Assembly: GCA_963833985.1 (NCBI GenBank)
Contig: CAWIAD010000001.1
Coordinates: forward strand, 1,824,001 to 1,888,000
DNA length: 64,000 nucleotides
Source: an uncultured Planctomycetaceae bacterium
GTDB taxonomy: Bacteria; Planctomycetota; Planctomycetia; Isosphaerales; Isosphaeraceae
Reading direction: 5' to 3'
Positions 41,904-52,232 of this stretch are shown one piece after another (positions within the stretch are counted from its first letter, which is position 1; each line of letters starts with the position of its first letter). The notes beneath the pieces were generated by a model that saw only the letters and a list, made by a program, of their open reading frames with translations, was not told where the DNA came from and searched no databases. The position numbers were made by a program, and so were the translations under genes.

Positions 41904-41956
41904 CGCGTCTTGCCGGTCGCCGATTCTCAGCCGTCACAAGAGCCTGGAGCGGAGCG

Positions 41957-43645
41957 ATGCCCGTGCCCGATCCTGAAACGATTCCCTGGGTGACCGGACT
42001 GACCATTCCGCGCGTCCTGGAGAAGACCGCCGCCGAGCATCCCGACCGCGATGCCGTGGTCTTTCCGTCCCTCGGCCTGCGCTGGTCCTGGCACGAGTTG
42101 CACAGCCGCGTCGAGCGGGTGGCGCGGGCGCTCATCGCCCTGGGCGTTCAGCCCGGTGAGCATGTGGGCATCTGGTCGATGAACGCACCGGAGTGGATCG
42201 TGATCCAGTGCGCGGCCGCGGCCGCCGGCGCGGTGCTGGTGAACGTCAACCCCGCGTATCGCGTGTTCGAGCTGGAGGACGCCTTGCGGCTGGCCGACGT
42301 GGCCACGCTGGTGGTGGGCAGGCCGTTCAAGAGCTCGGATTTCGTGGCGATGGTGCACTCCGTCTGTCCCGAGGCGGCCGAGGCGGCCGACCGCTCCTGG
42401 TCGTGCGGGCGCCTGCCCCGGCTGGCGCGCCTGATTGCCCTGGCAGATCGGCCAGCGCCCGGCTGGCTCACCTGGAACGGCCTGGAATCCGGGCCCATGG
42501 CCTCGCGTGAGGCGCTCCAGGACCGCCAGGCGAGACAGACCTCCGGCGATGTGGCGAACCTGCAATTCACCTCCGGCACGACCGGGTTGCCCAAGGGGGC
42601 GATGCTCACGCACGCCAACCTGCTGCTCAACGCGTATCACGTGGGATCGCGGTTGCGGTACACGGCCGACGATCGCGTGTGCGTGCCAGTGCCGTTCTAC
42701 CACTGTTTCGGCTGCGTGCTGGGCAACCTGGTCTGCGCCCTCTACGGCGCAACGATCGTCGTCCCCGCGCCGGCCTTCGACCCCGGCGCCACGCTCGCGG
42801 CCATGGAGGCGGAACGCTGCACCTCGGTCTACGGCGTGCCGACGATGTTCGTGGGCATGCTCGATCACCCCAGCTTCGCCAAGCGCAACCTGGATAGCGT
42901 GCGCACGGGGATCATGTCCGGCGCACCCTGTCCGCTGCCACTCATGCAGCGGGTCGTGCGCGAGCTGCACTCGCGGGAGATCTGCATTGGCTACGGCCAG
43001 ACCGAGGCCTCACCCATCATCACCTTCACCTCGGCCGACGACCCGCTGGAGGTGCGCTGCGGTACGGTCGGCCGGCCGATTCCCGGGGTCGAGGTGAAGC
43101 TGGTTGATCCGGCGAGCCGGGCCGACATGCCCCCGGACCAGCCTGGCGAGCTCGCCGTGCGGGGCCACGACGTGATGGCCGGCTATTACAAGAACCCCGA
43201 GGCGACCGCGCGCGCGATCGACCGCGACGGCTGGCTCTACACCGGTGACCTGGCCCTCCGCCGCGGCGACGGCAACTATCGCATCGTCGGGCGCTGCAAG
43301 GAGCAGATCAACCGGGGCGGGGAGAAGATTCCGCCGGCCGAGGTCGAGGAGTTCCTGCATCACCACCCCGACATTGCCGATGTGGCCGTGGTCGGGCTGC
43401 CTGACGCCCGGTTCGGCGAGATCGTGGCCGCCTGGATCGTCCCGCGCGACGGCGCAGAGCTCACGGCCGGGGCCGTCCAGGAGTTCTGCCGCGGCAAGAT
43501 CACGCACTTCAAGATTCCGCAGCACATCGCGATCGTTTCGGCCCTTCCCCGCACCGTCACCGGCAAGGTGCGCAAGCACATCCTCAAGGAACAGGCCATC
43601 GCCGAGCTGGGACTCGGCGACGTGGCCCGGATCGAGACGGCTTGA
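41957..43645 (+). CDS. AMP-dependent acyl-CoA synthetase
   Basis: QFTSGTTGLPKG, YGQTEASP, TGDL, RGGEKI, TVTGKVRK. Start at 41900 (GTG) or 41957. Confidence 0.93.
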   Translation: MPVPDPETIPWVTGLTIPRVLEKTAAEHPDRDAVVFPSLGLRWSWHELHSRVERVARALIALGVQPGEHVGIWSMNAPEWIVIQCAAAAAGAVLVNVNPAYRVFELEDALRLADVATLVVGRPFKSSDFVAMVHSVCPEAAEAADRSWSCGRLPRLARLIALADRPAPGWLTWNGLESGPMASREALQDRQARQTSGDVANLQFTSGTTGLPKGAMLTHANLLLNAYHVGSRLRYTADDRVCVPVPFYHCFGCVLGNLVCALYGATIVVPAPAFDPGATLAAMEAERCTSVYGVPTMFVGMLDHPSFAKRNLDSVRTGIMSGAPCPLPLMQRVVRELHSREICIGYGQTEASPIITFTSADDPLEVRCGTVGRPIPGVEVKLVDPASRADMPPDQPGELAVRGHDVMAGYYKNPEATARAIDRDGWLYTGDLALRRGDGNYRIVGRCKEQINRGGEKIPPAEVEEFLHHHPDIADVAVVGLPDARFGEIVAAWIVPRDGAELTAGAVQEFCRGKITHFKIPQHIAIVSALPRTVTGKVRKHILKEQAIAELGLGDVARIETA

Positions 43646-43761
43646 TCGAAAACCCCCTTACGGCGCACCAGAGATCAAAAGCGAGGCAATTTCTTCACAC
43701 ACTTGTATCCAGGCATCTGGTGAATTAGGATAGAGGTGTATGAAGGAAGGAGGGTGTCGCC

Positions 43762-43986
43762 ATGAGGACCATCTGCCTGAGCGAGGAAGCCATTGCCTTG
43801 CTGGAGAACCTCGATGCTCCGTTCGAGGTCTGCGACGAGTCGGGCCATCTGATTGGTCTGTTCAACCCCGAGCCGCGGCCGAGCGAGCTTTTGCCCGTCA
43901 GCGCACCGGTCGTGGAGGTTCTCGTCCATGCCGAGGACCTGGGTCCGGAGATGTGCGTGTACGGCTTCGAGGCCGACCTGGAATGA
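43762..43986 (+). CDS. Small hypothetical protein
   Basis: AGGAGG RBS; 74 aa; LENLDAPFEVCDESGHLIGLF. Confidence 0.55.
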   Translation: MRTICLSEEAIALLENLDAPFEVCDESGHLIGLFNPEPRPSELLPVSAPVVEVLVHAEDLGPEMCVYGFEADLE

Positions 43987-44034
43987 CCTGGCCGGCAAGA
44001 TCGTGACGACGATACTGGGGATGGCGTAGGCAGG

Positions 44035-46403
44035 TCACTGCGTCCGGGGGCCGGCGGAAGAGGCCGCCAGTCCCGGCTTCAAGGCGCTGGACCTTCTCTT
44101 TTCCAGGGACAGCGCCTCCACTTCGGCCTTCAGGGCCTTGACACGCGCGGTCGCCGCGTCGGCGGAGCCTCGTCCGCCGGCCAGTGCCTTCTCGGCGGCG
44201 GCCTTCAAGGCCAAGGCCTGGTCCACGTTTTTCTTCAGGTTCGCCAGCCCGGTGGCCGCGGCCTGCGCGGTCGTCCTCGCCGTAGCGAGGGCCTTCTCCC
44301 CCGCAAGCTGCTCTGTCTCGGCCCTCTTGACAGAGTCGCTTGCGGCGGGGATCGCCAGCGCCAGGGCCCGGCACCGAAGGGCTGCCGTCGCCGCGGTCCG
44401 CGGCGCCGCCGCCCGGACGGCCTGCGCATGGGCCAGTGCGCCTTGTGCGCCGCTCTGACGCGAGCTTGCGGCTGCAACCGCGCGGACCAGATCGAGCGAT
44501 CGCTCGGTCTGCGCCGCCAGCGCGGTGGCGGCTCGCGCCATCTCCTCGGGCGACCTGGCGGCCTTCAAAGCGGTGGCTGCGGCCGCCAGCGCAGGGTCGT
44601 GCGCCTGCTGCTCGGCAAGTGCCTTCCCGGCAGCCGCCTGTGCCGCCACCACGGCCTCCGCGGCCGCCTTCTCGGCAGCCGCCGAGTCCGGGACGGCCTT
44701 TTCGGCCGCGGCACGCGCCGCCTGCGATTCTTTGACAAGCTGCTCCGCGGCTTGCAGCGTGCCACGGGATTCCACCGCGGCTGCGCTCTTGCTGCTGAGC
44801 ACTTGCTCGGCCTCGTGCACCTGCACGCTCAGCTTCGCCACCTTCTGCTGGTCCGCAGCCAGTATTTGCCGGGCCTGCGCCTCGGCCGCGGCCGCCCCGG
44901 ACACGGCCGCTTGCAGCGGTGCCAGTTGACCGGAGAGCGAATCGGCCTGGGCCTGAGCCGTCGTTAGCGCCGCACGCACGCGCTCAAGCCGGACGGCGAT
45001 GGGTGCGGGGTTGACGGCGAGGTTCGCCAGCCGCTTGCCGTCCTTCGTGTCCCAGACGCGGATCTCGCCCGACCAGTCCGCAGCCACGATTTCCGATTCG
45101 TCGTGCGTGAAGACGGCCTCCAGGGCGACGTCGCCGAACGCCTCGAGCTCGCGCTGCTTCGACCCGTTCGCGTCCCAGACGCGAACCATCCGGTCGCGGC
45201 CGGCGGACACGAGGCGTCCGTCCTTCGCGAACCGGACGGACTCGGTGCCGCCTCCGTGAGCACTGATGGCCTTGATGCTGTTGCCGTTTTCCATTTCCCA
45301 GAGCCGGACCGACCCGTCCTCGCTCGCGGAGGCGACGACGTTGGAATCGAGCCGCCAGGAGAGGTCGGTGATGGCCGCGGTGTGCCCGCGCAGCTCGAAG
45401 AACTCGCGCCGGTCTGCGCTTCCCAGACTTCCAGACCGCTGTTGCGGTCCCCCGTGGCCAGCAGCACGCCATCGGGGCTGAACTCGACGGCGGTGATCCA
45501 GTCGGTGTGCTTCTTCATCTCGAACTGGAGCGTGCCGTCGGCCGTGTTGTACACCCGCACCACCTTGCTGGGCCCGCCCAGGGCCACCTGGCCGTGGTCC
45601 GGGCTGATGTCGGCGGCCAGCACGGCGTCATATTCCTTGCCGATCTCGAAGACGCGCTGGCCGGTCTTCACGTTGAAGGCCACGGCCAGGCCGGACTGTC
45701 CGCCGCGGCCGCCGCCGGCCAGCAGCAGGTCGCCGTTGCGGCTGAAGCGCAGGACGTGAATGAACCCTTCGGGGAAGGGGAAAACGCCCATGAGATGATG
45801 GTCGGTCGTCCGGTACAGCAGCACCTGCTTGTGTCCGCCGACCGCGACCAAGGGCGCCCACGGGCTTGCGGCCATGGCCACGACGGCCCCTGGCCGAGCC
45901 TCGGGAACGAACGGCTCGGTGGAGACGTTCTCGGGCATGGCCGCCGGGCCCGACGGCTTGCCCAGCGCGGAGGGATCGAGCTTGAACTCGAACTTCGGCC
46001 TGGCCTTGACCGCCGCGGTCGAGCCGGAGGTCTCCAGCGCTCCCCCTTCGATCCACTTGCGGATCAGCTCGATCTCGGCGTCGGGAATCTTCGCCGAGTT
46101 GGGGGGCATCTTGGGCTCTTCCTTGTGGCTGATCACGCCCAGCAGCGAGCTTCCCTCGGAGTCCCCCGGTTCGATCACCTTGCCCGAGCCGCCACCTTGA
46201 ATGGCCGCGCCGTAGTTGTCCAGGTTCAGCCCTCCCTTCGCCTTGTCCGGGTTGTGGCAGCTTCCGCAGCGACTGCGAAAGATCCCCGAAACGTGATCGG
46301 CAAAGGTCACTTTTTCCTTGGCCTTGGCGTCCTCGGCACGGCCGCACGGGGGGATGGTCATCCCGCAGCAGGCGAGAGCCAGGACGATCAGCTTGGTACG
46401 CAT
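44035..46403 (-). CDS. Planctomycete cytochrome-c-domain, WD40-repeat and Ala-rich coiled-coil protein (frameshift near 45410)
   Basis: Signal peptide, CGSCH haem motif, KMPP, WD40 repeats, long Ala-rich tail. Confidence 0.88.
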
Positions 46404-46475
46404 GGGGTTACCCTGGAGTGGCGGGTGGCGGGTGGCCGGTCCGGGTGAGTCACGAGTGGCCGGTGGTTTGTGGGA

Positions 46476-48977
46476 TCAATGGTTGAAGAGAAATTCGCGG
46501 CTGTTCAGGAGTGCCCAGAAGAGATCTTCCTGTGCCTGGGCCTTCTCGGCATCGCTACCCTGCGTCAGGGAGGGCAGGAGCTTGTCGACCTCTTCCCTGG
46601 CGGGCTTGCGGGCGAGGCAGCGGATGTAGAGGTCGGTGAGCCGCTCCTCGGGCGTCTGCTTGCTCTTTTGCAGCTTGCCGATCACGCCTCCCTCCTTGAT
46701 CTTGGCACTCACGGTGTCTCCGTTGAGCAGGTGGAGCGCCTGCGAGAGCGTGGGCTCCATCTTCACCTCGCACGAGCAGGGCGTCTCACGCGTGGCCCGG
46801 CCGAACGTGGTCAGGAAGTACGTCGAGCTCTGTCCGTCGGCGATCTGCACGGCCCGGGCGCCCTTTGGCAGGCCCTGGAACTTGTCCTTCGTTTCGGTCA
46901 CCAGGCTGATCGTGTCGAGCAGGTTCTCGGCCTTGATGCGCCGCACCAGCGCGTGCGCGAAGTTTCGCTCGTCGCCGGCGTTGCTGTCGTTCCGCGTGGT
47001 GGTGCGCTGGTAGGTCCGCGAGTTGCAGATGTCGCGCACCAGGGCCTTGAGATTGTACTTGGTGTCGGTGAAGTGCTTGCCCAGGGCTTCGAGCAGCTCG
47101 GGGTTGGTCGCCGGGTTGCTGACCCGGAAGTCGTCCACCGGCTCGACGATCCCGACGCCCATGAAGTGGGCCCACACGCGATTGGCGAACGAGGACGCAA
47201 ACCAGGGGTTCTGCGGCGAGGCCAGCCATTTCGCCAGCACGACGCGGCGATCCTTTCCCTTCACGTCGGGCGCCTCGCCGCCCAGGAACTTGGGTGCCAT
47301 CTGGCGCCCGCCCACCGGATGGCTCACCTCGCCGCCGCCGGAGTTGAAGACGATGGTCTCGCGATAGTCCTCCGCCCCCTTGCGGCCAATCTGGGCAAAG
47401 AACGCCGCGAACCCGTAGTAATCGTCCTGGGTCCAGCGGTCGAACGGGTGGTTGTGGCACTGGGCGCACTGGATGCGCATGCCCATGAACACCTGCGCCA
47501 CGTTCTCCGTCAAGGGGAGCGTCTCGGTGGTCGTCTGGTAGAAGTTGGTGGCCGGGTTCTTGAAGGTGCCTCCGCTGGCACCCAGAAGCTCCTGCACCAT
47601 CTCGTCCATCGGCATGTTCTTCGACAACCGCTCGACCAGCCAGTTGTAGTACAGGAACATCGACTTGTAACTGACCGTGATCGTCGAGCGGATCTGCAAG
47701 AGCTCGGCCCACTGGCTGACCCAGATCTCCGAGAACTCCTTGCGCTCCAGCAGCTCGTCGACCAGCTTCGAGCGCTTCGCCGCGTCGCGAGACGCCATGA
47801 AGCGGTTGTACTCCTCGACCGTGGGCGTAAGACCGATGATGTCGAGAAAGACCCGGCGCAGGAACGTCGCGTCGTCGCAGATGCCCGACGGCGCGATCCG
47901 CAGCTTGCGGAGTTTTTCGCCGACCAGCCGGTCGATGTAAGACTCTTCCGGCTCTGGCGGGTAGGCGAACCTGAGCCCCTGGGGCAGCACGATGAACTGC
48001 GATCCCACGGTGAAGGTGGCGAACCGGGCCATCACGAACGCTTCGCCGCGGTCGCCGGCCGTGACCAAGCCGTCGGGAGTGACGGCGGCCGAGCTGTCGT
48101 TGTTCGTCAGGAAGACCGCCAGGGACGTCACGTCGCGATCGGTGCCGTCGGAGTATCGCGCCCGCACGGTCATTTGCTGGGTGGCCCCTGTGCCGTCGAG
48201 GACTGCCGAGCGGGGGTACAGGTCCAGTCCGATGGGCCTGGGCAGCTTGCTCAGGTCGTCGTTGGGCGCGCCGGCCTCGATCCAGCGGCGGAGCGTTTCG
48301 TAGAGCTCGCTGGCGGGCTCGAAGCGCTTGCCGCCGGTGTGCTGCACGGCGCCGATGGATTTCTCCAGCAGCGTGCTGTCGGTGGGGACGGCCAGGTTGA
48401 TGCGCCGGCCGACCAGCTCCCGCGTGAGCCGGTAATGGTCGCCCTCGGGGTCGAAGCCGAAGAGTGAGATCCGGAAGCCGTCCTTGCCGCGCGCCGCCCC
48501 GTGGCAGCTCCCCGTGTTGCAGCCCGCCCGCATGAACACGGGCATCACGTCGAGCCGGAAGCTCAGCGCCGGCTGCAACCCCGCCTGCGCCACCTGCACG
48601 GGAATGCGCGCCGCCTGGCCGCCGAAACGGACCATGAGCGTGCTCGTCCCGTCCGCCAGAGGGTGGAACGTCGCGCCCTGGCGCTTCAGCAGGGCCGGAT
48701 TCGCCACCTGCATCTCTGCCTGGCCCGTCACGTCGCGAGTCAGGCCGTCGGCGTAAGTAGCCTGGACGACGATCGACTGCCGGTCGCGTGCGGTGGCCAG
48801 GCGAATGGCATCGGGATAGACCTCGATCCGCACCAGCCCGGCCGTGGGCGCCGGCGCCGTGCGCCGGGCAGGGGCCGCGGCTGGCTTCTGGTCCGCGGCA
48901 CGGCTGGGCGGTCTGGCCATCACGAGCAAGGAGCCTGCCAGCAGGGCGGCCGTGATCGGCGTGGTCGGTCTGCTCAT
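46476..48977 (-). CDS. DUF1549/DUF1553 protein with Ig-like domains
   Basis: CNTGSCHG, FLRRVFLDIIG, QCAQCHNHPFDRWTQDDYY, ANRVWAHFMG, LLNSREFLFNH. Confidence 0.92.
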   Translation of the reverse strand: MSRPTTPITAALLAGSLLVMARPPSRAADQKPAAAPARRTAPAPTAGLVRIEVYPDAIRLATARDRQSIVVQATYADGLTRDVTGQAEMQVANPALLKRQGATFHPLADGTSTLMVRFGGQAARIPVQVAQAGLQPALSFRLDVMPVFMRAGCNTGSCHGAARGKDGFRISLFGFDPEGDHYRLTRELVGRRINLAVPTDSTLLEKSIGAVQHTGGKRFEPASELYETLRRWIEAGAPNDDLSKLPRPIGLDLYPRSAVLDGTGATQQMTVRARYSDGTDRDVTSLAVFLTNNDSSAAVTPDGLVTAGDRGEAFVMARFATFTVGSQFIVLPQGLRFAYPPEPEESYIDRLVGEKLRKLRIAPSGICDDATFLRRVFLDIIGLTPTVEEYNRFMASRDAAKRSKLVDELLERKEFSEIWVSQWAELLQIRSTITVSYKSMFLYYNWLVERLSKNMPMDEMVQELLGASGGTFKNPATNFYQTTTETLPLTENVAQVFMGMRIQCAQCHNHPFDRWTQDDYYGFAAFFAQIGRKGAEDYRETIVFNSGGGEVSHPVGGRQMAPKFLGGEAPDVKGKDRRVVLAKWLASPQNPWFASSFANRVWAHFMGVGIVEPVDDFRVSNPATNPELLEALGKHFTDTKYNLKALVRDICNSRTYQRTTTRNDSNAGDERNFAHALVRRIKAENLLDTISLVTETKDKFQGLPKGARAVQIADGQSSTYFLTTFGRATRETPCSCEVKMEPTLSQALHLLNGDTVSAKIKEGGVIGKLQKSKQTPEERLTDLYIRCLARKPAREEVDKLLPSLTQGSDAEKAQAQEDLFWALLNSREFLFNH

Positions 48978-49039
48978 CACGAGGAGTCCTTCATGGAGAG
49001 TATCGATCCCGTGGCGTTCGGAACAGGAGCCGGCGCGGT

Positions 49040-51499
49040 TCATCGGGAAGCTGCGGCCTGGTTGCGCTGCTTGTTTTCGAGGCGCAGCTTCTCGAGCCGG
49101 CCCAGGGGTTTCGCGGCAGGCGCCGCGGCCGGTGGCGGCGCGGCCGGGGCGGCGGACGCGGCTTTCGCCGGGGCCGGTCTGGGCGGCAGGGGGACGTCGA
49201 TCCGCAGCGTCCCGGTTCCAATGTTATGGAGGATCGGTTCGCCGTTCTGGGTGACGACCACCTGGCAGAAGAGGGTGGCGTGGTTGCCGGCCGGCGAGGC
49301 CTTGTCGGTCTTCAGGTGGAAGACCAGGTCGGTCGTGTCCTTGTTGATCTTCTTGACCTCCGTGCCAACCTTGTTCGGCAGGCCCAGCAGCGTCACCGAT
49401 GCCTCTCCGGGGAACTCGACATTCCTGGCAACCTTGACGGCCATGTCGGTCTCCTTGCCCTGCTCCACGCTGGCCGCGGCGAACGTCAGCCCGAGCAAGG
49501 GCGCGGCGATGGTCAGGTTTGCCAGTTGCGACGAGACCATGATCGGGCCGCTGGGAACGCCCGATGCGCCGTTGACCACGATCTTCCAGGTGCGCAGCTC
49601 GGCCCCGCCGTCGGCGTTCATGGGAATGACCGCCTCGTTCTGGCCCTCGGGAATGGCAATGCCCCCCGCCGAGCCCACCCCGGGTGGGTTCCAGGGCAAG
49701 TAAATCGAGATCGCGGCCTTGAAACCCGGTTTGCGGAGCGCGCGGACCCTGAGGTTCATTGATCCGCCCCGCACCAGCGGCACCTTCGGCTCGACGATCT
49801 CGATGGAGTAGGGGCACTCCTCGGTGACGGCGGCCGCCAGCCGGTCGACCGTGCGCGACCAGACGATCACGTTGTTCTGCCCCAGCACGAGTGCCGCGGT
49901 GCTGCCGAAGGTGCAGGGCACCTTGAGTTTGCCGTCGGCCGGCTGGCCGCTCAGGCTGGCCAGTGCAGCGCCCAGGGGAGCGTCCGCCCTGGCCGTGAAG
50001 AGCACCGGCACCACGGCCTGGCTGGCTGCCAGCACCGGTGCGTCCATGGCCATTCCCGGGGGCAGTCCCTGAACGTCCAGCTTCAGATCACCGCCGAAGT
50101 CGCTGCGCGAACCCTGGATCAGGACCGCCTGGCGGTTGCCGCGCGGCACGCTCGCGGCCATCACCCCGGTGCCCAGGGGGATCTGCTCGGCGCTCGTGGA
50201 GAGTGCCAGGCTGGGGGCGACGGGGCTGACCTCGATGCGGTACACGTAGTCCGCACCCCCCTTGCCCAGGTGATCCACCACCCACACCACGTACTCGGCG
50301 TCCTCCGGGCAGGTGAATCGGAAATAGCTGTCGGGTGGCACGCTGTCATCGTCGCCCACCGCGGCCCCGGCGCCCTTCCTGCCCAGGAACATGACCGAGT
50401 CGATGGGCGAGCGGATCTGCCGTCCGAAGAGCCGGAAATCCAGTGTCTGGCCCTTCTTGCCGGCGAAGACGTAATGGTCGACATCGCCGGGCTTGCCGAT
50501 CACGCCGTTCACGGCCGCGGGCGGCGTGAAGGGCGTGGCGTGCGTCTGGTCGTCGTTCGGCTCGGCTTCCAGGACATTGGGAAAGCTGTTGAGCCGGAAG
50601 CGGTTGGGGAACGGGGACTCGCCCCTGGCATCGCGGTGGTAGAGGCCGAAGTCCGGGAACCCGGCCGCCGGCAGCGTGACCTCGGTGCGGCTCGCGCCGC
50701 CGGGATCGCCAATCCAGCTCACCGCCAGCTTCTCGCCCGGCCGGCCGCCCGCCGGCAAGAGACCGGTGCGGCGCGGGAAGTTCCCCACGTGCAGCCGGTA
50801 CAGACACGAGGCGTTGCCGGCATAGGCACTTTCGTGGACCTGGATGATGTACTTGCCGTCCTCCGGAGCCAGGATCGAGGCGAAGCCGTCCTGCCAGATG
50901 AGCGCGGCGTCGTCGCTCGAGGCCAGCTCGAAACGCTTGGTGTTCAGAATGCCCACGTACGGGTCGAAGAGCGCGATCCCCAGCCGCATCCCCTCCACCT
51001 CGGCCGTGATCCGATCGCCTTTGCGGGCGTCCACGACGTAATAATCAACATCTTCATTGTCGGCCACGCCCGTCACCGTGACGTTCATGGGGATGGCCTG
51101 CGGCGCGTTGAAATCGTTGTTGGGCTCGACCTCGGAGACGTCCTTGAGGGCTCCAATGCTGAGGGTCCGCAGCTCGCTGATCCCGGAAGCCGTCCGCACC
51201 CTCACGTCGTGCAGTCCCAGGGGTGCGTCGGCGGCGATCTTCAGCTTCGCCTTCACCACGTTGTCGTCCACGCGCTTCAGTGCCAGGGTCGTGACCCCGG
51301 GCTGGTAAAAGAGGATCTCCTGCGCATCGCCCAGCCGCGCTCCCGAGAGCGTCACCTCGGCCTCGGTGCCGCGCTGGACTCCGGGCGGGCGGATCGCGGT
51401 CAGGCTGGGCGTGGCCGCGCAAGCCAGGCCCGCACACGTAAACAAGGTGCCAAGCACGATGAGTAACGGTCTCAAGCGGTGGGTTCTTGGAGCGGGCAT
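49040..51499 (-). CDS. Secreted PPC (pre-peptidase C-terminal) domain protein
   Basis: Signal peptide, PPGVQRGT, EVEPNND / EAEPNDD repeats, DVDYY / DVDHY. Confidence 0.88.
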   Translation of the reverse strand: MPAPRTHRLRPLLIVLGTLFTCAGLACAATPSLTAIRPPGVQRGTEAEVTLSGARLGDAQEILFYQPGVTTLALKRVDDNVVKAKLKIAADAPLGLHDVRVRTASGISELRTLSIGALKDVSEVEPNNDFNAPQAIPMNVTVTGVADNEDVDYYVVDARKGDRITAEVEGMRLGIALFDPYVGILNTKRFELASSDDAALIWQDGFASILAPEDGKYIIQVHESAYAGNASCLYRLHVGNFPRRTGLLPAGGRPGEKLAVSWIGDPGGASRTEVTLPAAGFPDFGLYHRDARGESPFPNRFRLNSFPNVLEAEPNDDQTHATPFTPPAAVNGVIGKPGDVDHYVFAGKKGQTLDFRLFGRQIRSPIDSVMFLGRKGAGAAVGDDDSVPPDSYFRFTCPEDAEYVVWVVDHLGKGGADYVYRIEVSPVAPSLALSTSAEQIPLGTGVMAASVPRGNRQAVLIQGSRSDFGGDLKLDVQGLPPGMAMDAPVLAASQAVVPVLFTARADAPLGAALASLSGQPADGKLKVPCTFGSTAALVLGQNNVIVWSRTVDRLAAAVTEECPYSIEIVEPKVPLVRGGSMNLRVRALRKPGFKAAISIYLPWNPPGVGSAGGIAIPEGQNEAVIPMNADGGAELRTWKIVVNGASGVPSGPIMVSSQLANLTIAAPLLGLTFAAASVEQGKETDMAVKVARNVEFPGEASVTLLGLPNKVGTEVKKINKDTTDLVFHLKTDKASPAGNHATLFCQVVVTQNGEPILHNIGTGTLRIDVPLPPRPAPAKAASAAPAAPPPAAAPAAKPLGRLEKLRLENKQRNQAAASR

Positions 51500-51534
51500 G
51501 GCCAGAAGTCTCAAAGGGGGGTGGCCGGCCGGTC

Positions 51535-52152
51535 TCAGGCAAGCCAGTGCAGGTCCTTGCGGGTGTGGCGGACTTCGATGCGGGGACGCCGTGCACCCGG
51601 GACCAGGCGAAAGTCCAGCGGGAACAGGGCGCTTTGCAGGCGGACAGACGGCTCCGCGACCTCGGACTTGCCCGCCAACCGCCACTCCTGGCCGCTTCGC
51701 TGATGCAGTTCCAGCGACCACGGGCGACGCGTGACGAGCAATAGCTCGTGCACCAGGACGCGGGCGTAAAAGCCGAATTTCTCGCGGCAGCGATCAAACG
51801 GGCTCTCGACCTCGACGACGAGGTCCGGCCCGCCATACCAGTGGCTGCCGCGGTCCTCGGCCGGATTGCCGGGCAGGAACACCGCGACATCGGGACAGCG
51901 GTAGTTGCGACGCCAGCGCTGGGATCGGCTGCTCACGTTGCAGCCGGGGAAGACCTGGACGGCCGGATCATCACCCAGGGCCAAACGGATGGCCATCGCC
52001 AGCTCCAGCGAAAGCTGCTGATGCTCGTTGTCCGCCAGCGGAGACATCACGTAGACTCCGTCCCACACCTCATCGTGGCGATCGCCGCCGGACTGCCGGC
52101 GGTCGCGGAGGAAGTGGGCGAGATCCACGGGGTTCACACTCACGAGCGCCAT
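51535..52152 (-). CDS. Uma2-family (DUF820) putative restriction-like endonuclease
   Basis: EVWDGVYVMSP...HQ, YRCPDVAVF, PDLVVEVESP, KFGFYAR. Confidence 0.88.
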   Translation of the reverse strand: MALVSVNPVDLAHFLRDRRQSGGDRHDEVWDGVYVMSPLADNEHQQLSLELAMAIRLALGDDPAVQVFPGCNVSSRSQRWRRNYRCPDVAVFLPGNPAEDRGSHWYGGPDLVVEVESPFDRCREKFGFYARVLVHELLLVTRRPWSLELHQRSGQEWRLAGKSEVAEPSVRLQSALFPLDFRLVPGARRPRIEVRHTRKDLHWLA

Positions 52153-52232
52153 GCAGCAGATGCTCCCGCTGGAGGCGGGGGAGCGGCCACCGCCTCCATT
52201 CCACACACCATTGCCGCTCCTTGCGGCTGCCG

